Assembly (NCBI GenBank): GCA_964639785.1 | Contig: CAZXEE010000002.1 | Coordinates: 79,273-143,272 of the forward strand | Direction of reading: 5' to 3' | Length of the DNA: 64,000 nucleotides | Origin: an uncultured Gammaproteobacteria bacterium | GTDB lineage: Bacteria > Patescibacteriota > Patescibacteriia > Patescibacteriales > UBA12465 | Shown: in pieces, positions 1 to 10,150 of the stretch | Layout of the letters: every line of letters starts with the position of its first letter | Position numbering within the stretch: position 1 is the stretch's first letter | The notes under the pieces: generated by a model | Told to the model about the DNA's origin: nothing | Seen by the model: the letters and a program-made list of their open reading frames with translations, nothing else | Database searches by the model: none | Position numbers and translations under genes: made by a program

Positions 1-1
1 A

Positions 2-274
2 GTAAATGAAGGAAGTTCTGTTTCGTCAGTGTTTATAACCAGTCCGGAAATACCGAAAATGATTCCACAGATGATGGCTATCGGTGAAAAGACCGGTAAC
101 CTTGATAATGTCTTAGACAAGATCAGCATTTTTTATAGCCGGGAATTATCGGCTAAATTGAACAACTTGGGAGTTATTTTGGAACCGTTGATCATGATCG
201 TTTTGGCTATCGGCGTCGGTATTATGGTGGCGGCTATCATTTTGCCGATGTATAATGTTGCGACTAGCTTCTAA
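2..274 (+). CDS. pilC: Type IV pilus / T2SS platform protein, PilC/GspF family, C-terminal fragment (5' end lies outside the window)
   Basis: Frame is open from the window edge. IPQMMAIGEKTGNLDNVLDKISIFYSRELSAKLNNLGVILEPLIMIVLAIGVGIMVAAIILPMYN is the conserved last GspF repeat plus terminal TM helix. Pilin genes follow directly. Confidence 0.8.
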   Translation, partial: VNEGSSVSSVFITSPEIPKMIPQMMAIGEKTGNLDNVLDKISIFYSRELSAKLNNLGVILEPLIMIVLAIGVGIMVAAIILPMYNVATSF

Positions 275-286
275 ACATGATATAAT
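258..286 (+). promoter_or_regulatory. Predicted sigma70-type promoter: TTGCGA, 17-nt spacer, TG-extended TATAAT
   Basis: ttgcga at 258-263, 17-nt spacer, tgaTATAAT at 278-286. Located ~100 nt upstream of pilin copy 1. Confidence 0.5.
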
Positions 287-379
287 TTATATAATTATTT
301 ATAATAATTAATTATTCTTCTAGGTGGTTGGGTTAATTTCTAGGATTAAACCAATGACCTGAAGTAATGATGGGAGGTG

Positions 380-802
380 AATTATGAAAAACAAAAAAGC
401 TTTTACTTTGATCGAATTATTGGTGGTTATCGCTATCATCGGTCTTTTGGCTACTTTGTCAGTCTTAGCCTTGAACAATGCTCGAGCTAAATCTCGTGAT
501 GCCAAGCGCGTGGCTGATATCAAGCAGATCCAGACCGCTTTGGAATTATATTTCAATGACAAGCAATCCTATCCGGATACTGGTTTAGTAGTACCTGGAG
601 AGTCTATTTCCAGCACTTCTACTACCGGTACTTCCACTTATATGCAGGTCATTCCAAGCTCTCCAACTCCTAACGTTCCAACCAGCGTTACCGGTTGCGG
701 CGGTGCTCGCTACACCTATGCTTTGCAGGATGAAGGCAGCTACACTTTACAATATTGTTTAGAAGGCAATGTCGGCGCTATCACTGGCCGAGAATTGCAT
801 AC
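380..802 (+). repeat. Direct repeat copy A (423 bp, 100% identical to 932-1354)
   Basis: Base-by-base comparison of the two pilin genes. Identity starts 4 nt before the ATG and ends 25 nt before the stop codon. Confidence 0.95.
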
Positions 803-827
803 CGCTACTAACGCCGCTCTTTATTAG
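384..827 (+). CDS. Type IV (major) pilin-like protein, copy 1
   Basis: N-terminus MKNKKA|FTLIELLVVIAIIGLLA is a prepilin cleavage/methylation motif with Glu at +5. SD GGGAGGTG at 372-379. 147 aa, two C-terminal Cys. Intrinsic terminator downstream. Confidence 0.9.
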   Translation: MKNKKAFTLIELLVVIAIIGLLATLSVLALNNARAKSRDAKRVADIKQIQTALELYFNDKQSYPDTGLVVPGESISSTSTTGTSTYMQVIPSSPTPNVPTSVTGCGGARYTYALQDEGSYTLQYCLEGNVGAITGRELHTATNAALY

Positions 828-846
828 TTTGATAGCTTATCTTAAA

Positions 847-885
847 GGCCCTCTTGGTTTGTTCCAAGGGGGCTTTTCTGTTTTA
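847..885 (+). terminator. Rho-independent terminator after pilin copy 1
   Basis: Stem 849-857 / 864-872 (ccctcttgg / ccaaggggg, one G-U pair), followed by cttttctgtttt. Confidence 0.7.
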
Positions 886-893
886 AATAATGG

Positions 894-902
894 TGCTATA
901 AT
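894..902 (+). promoter_or_regulatory. Extended -10 promoter element TGCTATAAT
   Basis: tgcTATAAT lies 34 nt upstream of the pilin copy 2 ATG. The -35 region is weak. Confidence 0.4.
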
Positions 903-931
903 AAGAATGTATTAAATTAGTAATAAAAAAT

Positions 932-1354
932 AATTATGAAAAACAAAAAAGCTTTTACTTTGATCGAATTATTGGTGGTTATCGCTATCATCGGTCTTTT
1001 GGCTACTTTGTCAGTCTTAGCCTTGAACAATGCTCGAGCTAAATCTCGTGATGCCAAGCGCGTGGCTGATATCAAGCAGATCCAGACCGCTTTGGAATTA
1101 TATTTCAATGACAAGCAATCCTATCCGGATACTGGTTTAGTAGTACCTGGAGAGTCTATTTCCAGCACTTCTACTACCGGTACTTCCACTTATATGCAGG
1201 TCATTCCAAGCTCTCCAACTCCTAACGTTCCAACCAGCGTTACCGGTTGCGGCGGTGCTCGCTACACCTATGCTTTGCAGGATGAAGGCAGCTACACTTT
1301 ACAATATTGTTTAGAAGGCAATGTCGGCGCTATCACTGGCCGAGAATTGCATAC
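932..1354 (+). repeat. Direct repeat copy B (423 bp, 100% identical to 380-802)
   Basis: See copy A. Offset between copies is 552 bp. Confidence 0.95.
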
Positions 1355-1379
1355 TGCTACCAACGCTTCCTTATACTAG
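936..1379 (+). CDS. Type IV (major) pilin-like protein, copy 2
   Basis: Protein matches copy 1 except Ala145Ser. No SD (taataaaaaataattATG), unlike copy 1. Has its own terminator. Confidence 0.9.
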   Translation: MKNKKAFTLIELLVVIAIIGLLATLSVLALNNARAKSRDAKRVADIKQIQTALELYFNDKQSYPDTGLVVPGESISSTSTTGTSTYMQVIPSSPTPNVPTSVTGCGGARYTYALQDEGSYTLQYCLEGNVGAITGRELHTATNASLY

Positions 1380-1404
1380 TTTGATACTTTGAGTTTGAAT
1401 CTAA

Positions 1405-1437
1405 AGCCCCTGGTTATTCAGGGGCTTTTTTGTTTTT
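1405..1437 (+). terminator. Rho-independent terminator after pilin copy 2
   Basis: agcccctg (1405-1412) / caggggct (1419-1426), followed by ttttttgttttt. Confidence 0.8.
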
Positions 1438-1445
1438 AGCATCGA

Positions 1446-1454
1446 TGATATAAT
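1446..1454 (+). promoter_or_regulatory. Extended -10 element TGATATAAT placed 6 nt before the ATG (candidate leaderless transcript)
   Basis: tgaTATAAT at 1446-1454, then ggaaat, then ATG at 1461. No SD. Confidence 0.4.
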
Positions 1455-1460
1455 GGAAAT

Positions 1461-2333
1461 ATGAGTGAATTATCAACTAAATTTCAAGCTGAACCGTCGT
1501 TCTTGCAATCATTATTATGGTCAGAATTGCAAGCTCGAAATCATTATGCCGGTGAGAAAATTGGTCAGTCTTTTTTTCTGAGAAAGCCCTTGTTTCTTCG
1601 TAAACATTATTTATACGGTTCGCGAATCAAGGCGGAAGATTTGAATTTTATCCAGAAAAATTCCGGAGCTGTTTTTGTCCGCTTTGAGCCTAATTCTTCT
1701 GTTTGGGAAGGGAAAGGGATAAAGACTATTCCGATTCAGCCTGCCAAGACGATTATCTTGGATCTCCAGAAGAGCACCGATGAACTTTTAGCGGCTATGC
1801 ATCAGAAGACCAGATATAATATCCGCTTAGCCGAAAAGAAGGGCGTGAAGATTATTTGTGACAATACTCGGATTAATGATTTTTTATCTTTGATGAAAGA
1901 GACTACTAACCGGGATAATTTCTTTGCCCATAGTGATGCTTATTATCGAAATCTGGCCAGCTTTAACCCGGACTTTATTAAATTATTCTTGGCTGAATAT
2001 GAGGGTCAGATCATTGCTGCCGGATTATTCTGTTTTTGCCAGCCGACTGCCGTTTATATGCATGGCGCTTCATCCAATGAATTTCGGAATGTCATGGCTC
2101 CTTATCTCTTACAATGGACAGTAATCAAGGAAGCCCAGGCTGCCGGTCTGAAATATTATGATTTCTATGGGATCGATAGCCAGAAATGGCCTGGAGTAAC
2201 CAGATTCAAAGAAGGTTTTGGTGGGGAAGAAGTGGATTATGCCGGGACTTTTGATTTAGTGCTCCAACCATTCTGGTATTCTATATATCGCCTAATGCGG
2301 ATGGCTAGAAGGGCCATCAGGAAAAAGATATGA
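1461..2333 (+). CDS. FemAB-family peptidoglycan interpeptide-bridge peptidyltransferase (FemX/MurM-like)
   Basis: YMHGASSNEFRNVMAPYLLQWTVIKEAQAAGLKYYDFYGI...PGVTRFKEGFGGE is typical of the FemAB C-terminal GNAT-like half. 290 aa. Confidence 0.75.
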   Translation: MSELSTKFQAEPSFLQSLLWSELQARNHYAGEKIGQSFFLRKPLFLRKHYLYGSRIKAEDLNFIQKNSGAVFVRFEPNSSVWEGKGIKTIPIQPAKTIILDLQKSTDELLAAMHQKTRYNIRLAEKKGVKIICDNTRINDFLSLMKETTNRDNFFAHSDAYYRNLASFNPDFIKLFLAEYEGQIIAAGLFCFCQPTAVYMHGASSNEFRNVMAPYLLQWTVIKEAQAAGLKYYDFYGIDSQKWPGVTRFKEGFGGEEVDYAGTFDLVLQPFWYSIYRLMRMARRAIRKKI

Positions 2334-2716
2334 TTGAGATTAATAATACTACCAAGGCCAAGATCCCGGCTATCAAGATGAAGCGGATTATTGAGAAGTT
2401 TATTTCAGTCTACAGACTGAAAGATTTCTCTGTTTCTGTAGCGATTATTGGCGACAAGAAGATGCAGGAACTTAACAAGTCATATCGAGGCTTGGATAAG
2501 CCGACTGATGTATTGTCTTTTACCGGTCTGAATGAAATTATCATTGACATCAAAGCCATCGAACGGCAGGCCAAGGAACTCAAGAAAAGCCGTGATTCAG
2601 AGCTGTTTTTCATTTTAGTCCATGGTTTGCTCCATCTGATCGGTTATGATGATAATACCGAGCCGAAACGTCTCAAGATGATCGCTTTAGGCGAAGATTT
2701 TTTGCGCCTTTTATGA
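2330..2716 (+). CDS. ybeY: rRNA maturation endoribonuclease YbeY
   Basis: HGLLHLIGYDD metal-binding motif (canonical form HGxLHLxGYDH). ATGA overlap with the upstream gene. 128 aa. Confidence 0.85.
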   Translation: MIEINNTTKAKIPAIKMKRIIEKFISVYRLKDFSVSVAIIGDKKMQELNKSYRGLDKPTDVLSFTGLNEIIIDIKAIERQAKELKKSRDSELFFILVHGLLHLIGYDDNTEPKRLKMIALGEDFLRLL

Positions 2717-2722
2717 TATAAT
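2714..2722 (+). promoter_or_regulatory. Extended -10 element TGATATAAT overlapping the ybeY stop codon (candidate leaderless start at ATG 2729)
   Basis: Same 9-mer as 1446-1454. TATAAT at 2717-2722, then atggat, then ATG at 2729. Confidence 0.35.
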
Positions 2723-3262
2723 ATGGATATGAAAAAAGCCGCTTTTACTTTAATAGAGCTGATTATCGCGATATCAATCATTGCTGTCGTGGTTGGAGTT
2801 TTTTTGGCTAATTATTATGGCGGCGAAACTCAATCCCAATTGATCAATGCTACTTCCGGCTTGATGCGCGACTTAAGGACGGTGCAGACTAAAGGCGTGG
2901 CCAATACCAGTTATGGGTCAGATATTCCATCCGGTTGGGGTGTTAACTTGGTCAGTAGCAGTTCTAAATATACTATTTTTGCTGATGTCAACGGCAATAA
3001 GGTTTTGGATAGCGGCACTGAAGCGGCGGTTACCAAGGGTTCTAAGGAAATTACTTTGCCGGAAGGAATAACTATTTCCAGTATAACTAATAGTCCGATG
3101 AATATCGTTTTTTATAGCGAACAGGGAGTCTTGAAGGCTTCTATGACTGACGGTTCGGTTTCCCTAGATTCTCCAGTGGAGATCGTTCTACAGGAAGCTA
3201 GTACCGGAGAAACTAAAACTGTTTACGTCAATCCTTTCGGCTTGATCTATTCTAATCTATGA
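2723..3262 (+). CDS. Minor pilin / pseudopilin, FimT/GspH-like (alternative start 2729)
   Basis: MDMKKAA|FTLIELIIAISIIAVV prepilin N-terminal motif. First gene of a four-gene minor-pilin set. Confidence 0.8.
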   Translation: MDMKKAAFTLIELIIAISIIAVVVGVFLANYYGGETQSQLINATSGLMRDLRTVQTKGVANTSYGSDIPSGWGVNLVSSSSKYTIFADVNGNKVLDSGTEAAVTKGSKEITLPEGITISSITNSPMNIVFYSEQGVLKASMTDGSVSLDSPVEIVLQEASTGETKTVYVNPFGLIYSNL

Positions 3263-3789
3263 AATTCGGGAAGATAAAAAATCTTAGAGCTTTTTCGCTT
3301 CTGGAAACGATAGCCGTCTTGTTTATTGTTTCTATCGGTTTGGTGAGCATCTTATCGGTTACGGTTGACAGCGTTCGAGCTCAGAATATGAACAAGAACA
3401 GCTTAGTTGCTTATCACTTGGCGGAAGAGGGTTTGGAGTTAGTCAGGAATATTCGAGATACTAATTTTATCCAGAATAGTACGACGACTCCGATTGCTTG
3501 GAATAGATATATTGAAGCCGGAAAATACCGATTGGATTTTGCCAATTTTCAACCAGTAGCAGTCACTGATATTTCCGAAGCTAAATTGCAGATATCTAAT
3601 GATGAAGAGGCTAATCCTGGGTTTTATTTCCATAACGCTGGTTTCCCGGACAGCATGTTTAGTCGGATGGTCACTATTACTTCCAGCACCACCGCTTCTT
3701 CTTCCGTTTCATCTTTAGTGGAATGGGTAGACCAGGGACAGACTTATCAAGTGGAATTAAAATCGATACTTTATGATTGGAGTTACTAG
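3259..3789 (+). CDS. Minor pilin, PilV/GspI-like
   Basis: NLRA|FSLLETIAVLFIVSIGLVS prepilin-type motif with Glu+5. 4-nt overlap with the upstream gene. Confidence 0.75.
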   Translation: MKFGKIKNLRAFSLLETIAVLFIVSIGLVSILSVTVDSVRAQNMNKNSLVAYHLAEEGLELVRNIRDTNFIQNSTTTPIAWNRYIEAGKYRLDFANFQPVAVTDISEAKLQISNDEEANPGFYFHNAGFPDSMFSRMVTITSSTTASSSVSSLVEWVDQGQTYQVELKSILYDWSY

Positions 3790-4324
3790 AAAACCGGCCT
3801 TTACGTTATTAGAAGTCATCATATCGGTGGCTATCTTTGCGGTGATCGTCTTGGCGGCTACCCAGATTTTCCAGTCGGTAGTTACTTCCCAGGTAAAGAA
3901 TTATACTGAGACGGCTTTGCAGGATGATATTAAATATTCCTTGGAGGTTTTTACCAGGGAAGCAAGAGGGGCGGTCAAGAATACGACCGGGGCGGCAATC
4001 TGCGATAGCCATATTCCTGATGGGCAGACCTATTATACTGATGGTGCCGCTTTATATTTCAAGAATGCCTTGGGTCAATGTGTTACCTATTATGCCCTTA
4101 CTGATTCTGAGGGTACTATCCGTTTGGTTTTAGATCGGGGCTCCGAATCATATTATCTGAGTTCGGAGCGGGTCGATATTGAGACTTTGGGGTTTGTGGT
4201 GGCTGATTCCGTGACCGTCCAACCGCTAGTAACTATGAATTTGTCTGTGAAGTCGGAAGTTAATCCTAATCTGCCGGCTTTGAATATTCAAACGAGCATT
4301 AGTCCTAATTGGCAAGCTAATTAA
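3773..4324 (+). CDS. Minor pilin, PilW/GspJ-like
   Basis: RKPA|FTLLEVIISVAIFAVIV prepilin-type motif. Overlaps the upstream gene by 17 nt. Confidence 0.75.
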   Translation: MIGVTRKPAFTLLEVIISVAIFAVIVLAATQIFQSVVTSQVKNYTETALQDDIKYSLEVFTREARGAVKNTTGAAICDSHIPDGQTYYTDGAALYFKNALGQCVTYYALTDSEGTIRLVLDRGSESYYLSSERVDIETLGFVVADSVTVQPLVTMNLSVKSEVNPNLPALNIQTSISPNWQAN

Positions 4325-4325
4325 T

Positions 4326-5264
4326 ATGAAAAAAATTCCAAAAAAATTACCTGGCAGTGCTTTATTGATATCACTTTTGATACTGACCGGCATCTTTGTT
4401 ATTGCTTTCGGGGCCGGTTTCTTGTCGTTCTTCAATACGAAGAACACCGATGTATATCAGCAATCGACTAAGGCTCGTTTAGCTGCTGAAACCGGTGTCG
4501 AGAGGATCAAGTGGGAGGTCGAACGGAATAATTTTGATATGTTCAGCAATTGTTCTTCCCGGATGTTTGAAACTAAATTAGATGATGGCTCGTATTACTT
4601 AAAATGTTCTTTGGATGCCTCTGGCAAACCTAAGATCCAGGCTATTGGAACTTATAAGAATTTGTCGGTTACTTTGGACTCCGGATATTGCTATGATATC
4701 AACACTGAGTGTACCAGTGATTGTGCTGTCGGTTCTTTGTGTGGTGGCGGTGTCCTTTTTTCTGTTAGCCCTCGGATGATAGCTTCTCCTTCTGGTTGTA
4801 CTTCAAATGACGGCACTGGTTGCGATAATTCTTTTGTAGCTGAAGATAGTTTGAAAATGGCTTGGGATAGTGTTGAGACTAGCGTCCAGACTGATGCCAC
4901 ATCGACTGACGGCAGCGTTAATACCGCTTTGTTGATTGCTGCCGGTGCTGGCCGTTATACTGCTGCGGAGTTTTGTGATCGCTTGACGGTCAATGGTTTC
5001 GATGATTGGTACCTGCCTTCTTTAGCGGAGTCTCATTCTATGTTTTTAAGCGGGCCATATTGCAATAGTACTGACCTCTACTGTCAGCATGGTTCTTCGG
5101 ATTCGCCGCTTGTCGGTGGCTTGACCCAGGCTGATTATTATCAAACTTCCAATGAAAATATTGCTGATGTTTCTCAGAATTGGTTGTTGAATTTTTATAG
5201 TGATATTCAAGAAGCTAATGGCAAGCTTAAAGACTTTTATATCCGTTGTTTGCGCCGTCCTTAA
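4326..5264 (+). CDS. PilX-like minor pilin fused to a Cys-rich region and a DUF1566 (Lcl C-terminal, lectin-like) domain
   Basis: N-terminus LPGSALLISLLILTGIFVIAF is PilX-N like. C-terminus GFDDWYLPSLAESHSMFL...YIRCLRRP matches the DUF1566 W-LP-x2-E...R-C-hR pattern. Confidence 0.7.
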   Translation: MKKIPKKLPGSALLISLLILTGIFVIAFGAGFLSFFNTKNTDVYQQSTKARLAAETGVERIKWEVERNNFDMFSNCSSRMFETKLDDGSYYLKCSLDASGKPKIQAIGTYKNLSVTLDSGYCYDINTECTSDCAVGSLCGGGVLFSVSPRMIASPSGCTSNDGTGCDNSFVAEDSLKMAWDSVETSVQTDATSTDGSVNTALLIAAGAGRYTAAEFCDRLTVNGFDDWYLPSLAESHSMFLSGPYCNSTDLYCQHGSSDSPLVGGLTQADYYQTSNENIADVSQNWLLNFYSDIQEANGKLKDFYIRCLRRP

Positions 5265-7322
<2,058 letters not shown>

Positions 7323-7324
7323 TT

Positions 7325-7618
7325 ATGAGTTTGGAAATATCTGAGATAAAACATGTGGCCGCCCTATCTAAGTTAGGGTTGAGCGAAAAAGAACTGGAGC
7401 ATTACGGCCAGCAGCTGAGTGCTGTCTTGAATTATATTGATCAATTGTCGGAAGTCGATACCAGCGGGGTGGAGGCTACTAATAGGTTGGGGGAGAACTT
7501 CAATGTCTGGGGTGCCGATGAAGCGGTTGTTTGCGATGAAGAAGCTCGGCAGATAGCCTTGGAACAGGCTGCCGGTATTAAGGATGGACAGATCAAAGTC
7601 CCTAGGGTTTTGGAATAA
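7325..7618 (+). CDS. gatC: Asp/Glu-tRNA amidotransferase subunit C
   Basis: 97 aa. IKHVAALSKLGLSEKELEHYGQQLSAVLNYIDQLSEVDT is a typical GatC sequence. Directly upstream of gatA. Confidence 0.9.
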   Translation: MSLEISEIKHVAALSKLGLSEKELEHYGQQLSAVLNYIDQLSEVDTSGVEATNRLGENFNVWGADEAVVCDEEARQIALEQAAGIKDGQIKVPRVLE

Positions 7619-7622
7619 ATTT

Positions 7623-9083
7623 ATGGATTTGAATCAACTGACAATCAAAGAGGCTAGGAAGCTTTTGGATGAGGGCCAGATTAGCTCTGTAGAATTGGTT
7701 ACGGATTGTTTGCGGCGGATAAAGGCCTTTGATCCCGAGCTTAAAGCTTTGATTACTCTTTGTGAAGATCAGGCGCTGGACGCTGCTCGTGAGGCTGATA
7801 GCCGGATAGCTAAGGGAGAGAAAGGCAGCTTGCTAGGCATTCCTTATTTAGCTAAAGATAATTTGCTTACTAAGGGCATCAAGACTACGGCTTCTTCCAA
7901 GATGTTGGAAAATTATATAGCTCCATATGATGCGACTGTCATTTCTCGTTTAGAAAAAGCTGGAGCGGTGCTATTAGGCAAGACTAATCTGGATGAATTT
8001 GCCCATGGCGCTTCGACCGAGAATTCCGCTTTTTTTACCACCAAGAATCCTTGGGACTTAGAACGGGTCCCGGGCGGTTCATCTGGCGGTTCAGCGGCAG
8101 CTGTAGCGGCTGATTTCTGCCTTTTTGCTTTAGGCAGTGATACTGGCGGTTCTATCCGTCAGCCGGCTAGTTTCTGTTCAGTGGTCGGATTCAAGCCGAG
8201 CTATGGCCGGGTTTCCCGCCATGGCCTGATGTCGATGACTTCTTCTACTGATGTTATCGGTCCGATGACTAAGACGGTTGAAGATGCCGCTTTGGTTTTG
8301 GAAGTCATTGCCGGAGCCGATGCTTATGATTCTACTTGTAATCGGAAAGAGGTTGATGAGTATGGCAAAAATATTTCTGATGGTATCAAGGGCTTGAAGA
8401 TTGCTTTGCCTCGGGAGTGTTTCGGGGAAGAATTGTCGCCTGAAGTTCGGAAGATAATGGATGATGCCGTGGCTGAATTGAAAAAGTTGGGAGCGGAGGT
8501 CGAAGAGATCAGCTTGCCGCATACTAAATATGGTATCCCGGTTTATTATATCATTACTCCTTCGGAAATCAGTTCCAATCTGGCTCGTTTCGACGGTTTC
8601 CGTTATGGCTATCGGTCTGAGGTAGAAGAAGGCGAGCCTCTGAATGAAATCTATTTGAAGAATCGGGGCGAAGGTTTCGGTCCGGAGGTGAAACGCCGGA
8701 TCATGTTGGGAACCTATGCTTTGTCAGCCGGTTATTTCGATGCTTATTACAAAAAAGCCCAGTCAGTCAGGATATTGATTAGCCAGGAACTTAACTCAGC
8801 CCTAGAAAAATACGATGTCATATTAACTCCGACTTCGCCGCATGTCGCTTTCAAGATCGGAGAACAGAATCAGGATCCATTGCAGATGTATCTGGAAGAT
8901 ATTTTTGTTTCCGGTCCGAGCTTAGCTGGTTTGCCGGCCGTTTCCGTCCCAGCCGGATTCATTAACGGCCTGCCTTTAGGTTTGCAGATTATCGGCGGCC
9001 GCTTCCAGGAAGAGATGATTCTCAAGGTGGCTAACAGTTTTGAACAGGCGACTGAGTGGCACAAGCACAAAGCTCAAATTTAG
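7623..9083 (+). CDS. gatA: Asp/Glu-tRNA amidotransferase subunit A
   Basis: Amidase signature GGSSGGSAAAVA. I prefer the start MDLNQLTIKEARKLL at 7623 over the ORF-track start at 7584, which overlaps gatC. Confidence 0.95.
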   Translation: MDLNQLTIKEARKLLDEGQISSVELVTDCLRRIKAFDPELKALITLCEDQALDAAREADSRIAKGEKGSLLGIPYLAKDNLLTKGIKTTASSKMLENYIAPYDATVISRLEKAGAVLLGKTNLDEFAHGASTENSAFFTTKNPWDLERVPGGSSGGSAAAVAADFCLFALGSDTGGSIRQPASFCSVVGFKPSYGRVSRHGLMSMTSSTDVIGPMTKTVEDAALVLEVIAGADAYDSTCNRKEVDEYGKNISDGIKGLKIALPRECFGEELSPEVRKIMDDAVAELKKLGAEVEEISLPHTKYGIPVYYIITPSEISSNLARFDGFRYGYRSEVEEGEPLNEIYLKNRGEGFGPEVKRRIMLGTYALSAGYFDAYYKKAQSVRILISQELNSALEKYDVILTPTSPHVAFKIGEQNQDPLQMYLEDIFVSGPSLAGLPAVSVPAGFINGLPLGLQIIGGRFQEEMILKVANSFEQATEWHKHKAQI

Positions 9084-9109
9084 GTTTATATAATTAACCA
9101 ATAATAAAT

Positions 9110-9850
9110 ATGAAACGCCAAACTATTTTTTTAGTAGTTTTCTTAATTACTATCTTAGCCATGGCTGCTTTGATATTCAGCAAGAGAACCAATAACGTTG
9201 ATAATTCATTAGTCTCCCAAGTTGCTCCGAATGAAAGCGAGAGCTTGTTGGCTGGCAATGATTCAGCTATCAATAGCGCTAATGCCCAGACTAATGTTAG
9301 TATCCCGGCAATTTCTAGTAATGATCAGTTGGTGCTTGGCGATGAGAAGGCCTCTCTCAAGATGTTGGTCTATGAAGATTTGAGCAGTGCTTTCAGTTCG
9401 AACTATGATGCTACTTTGGAGCAGTTGGTTAAAGATAATAACGATAAGTTGGCTGTCTATGTCCGCCCTTATTTCGAATCTGATAATACCCTGGCTTTGC
9501 AATATCAGGCAGCTGTGACTTGTGCCGGGGATGAGGGGAAATATGTTGAAATGAGAGACTCGATTTTTAGCCAGAAACCTTTGACTATTGATGACCTGGT
9601 TGACGGAGCCAAGAAATTAGGCTTAAATGGAACTAAGTTTGCCGCCTGCTTGAATAATTCTGAGAATCAAGCTAAAATTGCCAGGTCAGTAGAAGATATC
9701 AGGATGATTGCTGTATTCGGTGCTCCAACTACCATCTTGGATGGGGAAGTGATTACCGGAGCCCGAGCTTTGGCTGATACCAAGAATGGCGAAGGTGAAG
9801 ATATTGAAGGTTTGAAGAATATCGTTAATCGTCATATGGCTGGCAAGTAA
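9110..9850 (+). CDS. Membrane-anchored DsbA/thioredoxin-fold protein lacking the CxxC active site
   Basis: N-terminal TM helix. DsbA-family layout (LVYEDLSSAFSS...VTCAGDEGKY...FAACLNN...FGAPTTILDG), with SSAF at the position where CPxC is expected. Confidence 0.6.
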   Translation: MKRQTIFLVVFLITILAMAALIFSKRTNNVDNSLVSQVAPNESESLLAGNDSAINSANAQTNVSIPAISSNDQLVLGDEKASLKMLVYEDLSSAFSSNYDATLEQLVKDNNDKLAVYVRPYFESDNTLALQYQAAVTCAGDEGKYVEMRDSIFSQKPLTIDDLVDGAKKLGLNGTKFAACLNNSENQAKIARSVEDIRMIAVFGAPTTILDGEVITGARALADTKNGEGEDIEGLKNIVNRHMAGK

Positions 9851-9860
9851 TTGAATACAA

Positions 9861-9947
9861 GGAGAGTTCGCATAGTGGTCGAGTGCGCTCGCTTGGAAAG
9901 CGAGTAAACCTTAACCGGTTTCGGGAGTTCGAATCTCCCACTCTCCG
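9861..9947 (+). tRNA. tRNA-Ser (anticodon GGA)
   Basis: Manual cloverleaf: acceptor GGAGAGT/ACTCTCC, anticodon stem CTCGC/GCGAG with loop TTGGAAA, long variable arm AAACC/GGTTT, T arm GGGAG-TTCGAAT-CTCCC, discriminator G. CCA is not encoded. Confidence 0.93.
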
Positions 9948-9955
9948 CAGTAAAG

Positions 9956-9995
9956 GACGAAGTAGCTCTAAAAGCTCACTTCGTCTTTTGTTTTC
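9956..9995 (+). terminator. Rho-independent terminator after tRNA-Ser
   Basis: gacgaagt (9956-9963) / acttcgtc (9978-9985), followed by ttttgtttt. Confidence 0.7.
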
Positions 9996-10150
9996 GGGCA
10001 TTTTCATCAGTTCGAACCCTGCTATTTTCTCGTTAAGGAGAATTTGCGACTTTTGTATCGGTAAGAGCCATTTAAAGGCTAACATTTCTAATTTTTTATC
10101 TTCCAAAGTCCAGTTCGAGTCCAATGTTCATTTGAAATATTGTTTGTTGT

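Noticed and set aside
320-1114. Minus-strand ORFs 320-562 and 917-1114 (80 and 65 aa), near-identical to each other.
   Set aside because: They are antisense shadows of the duplicated pilin genes. Their similarity simply mirrors the 423-bp repeat. The + strand ORFs carry an unmistakable prepilin motif.
380-1379. Whether the two pilin copies form a diversity-generating-retroelement template/variable repeat pair.
   Set aside because: There is no reverse transcriptase in the window. The few differences are clustered at the 3' end, are mostly synonymous, and are not adenine-specific. The pattern fits gene conversion instead.
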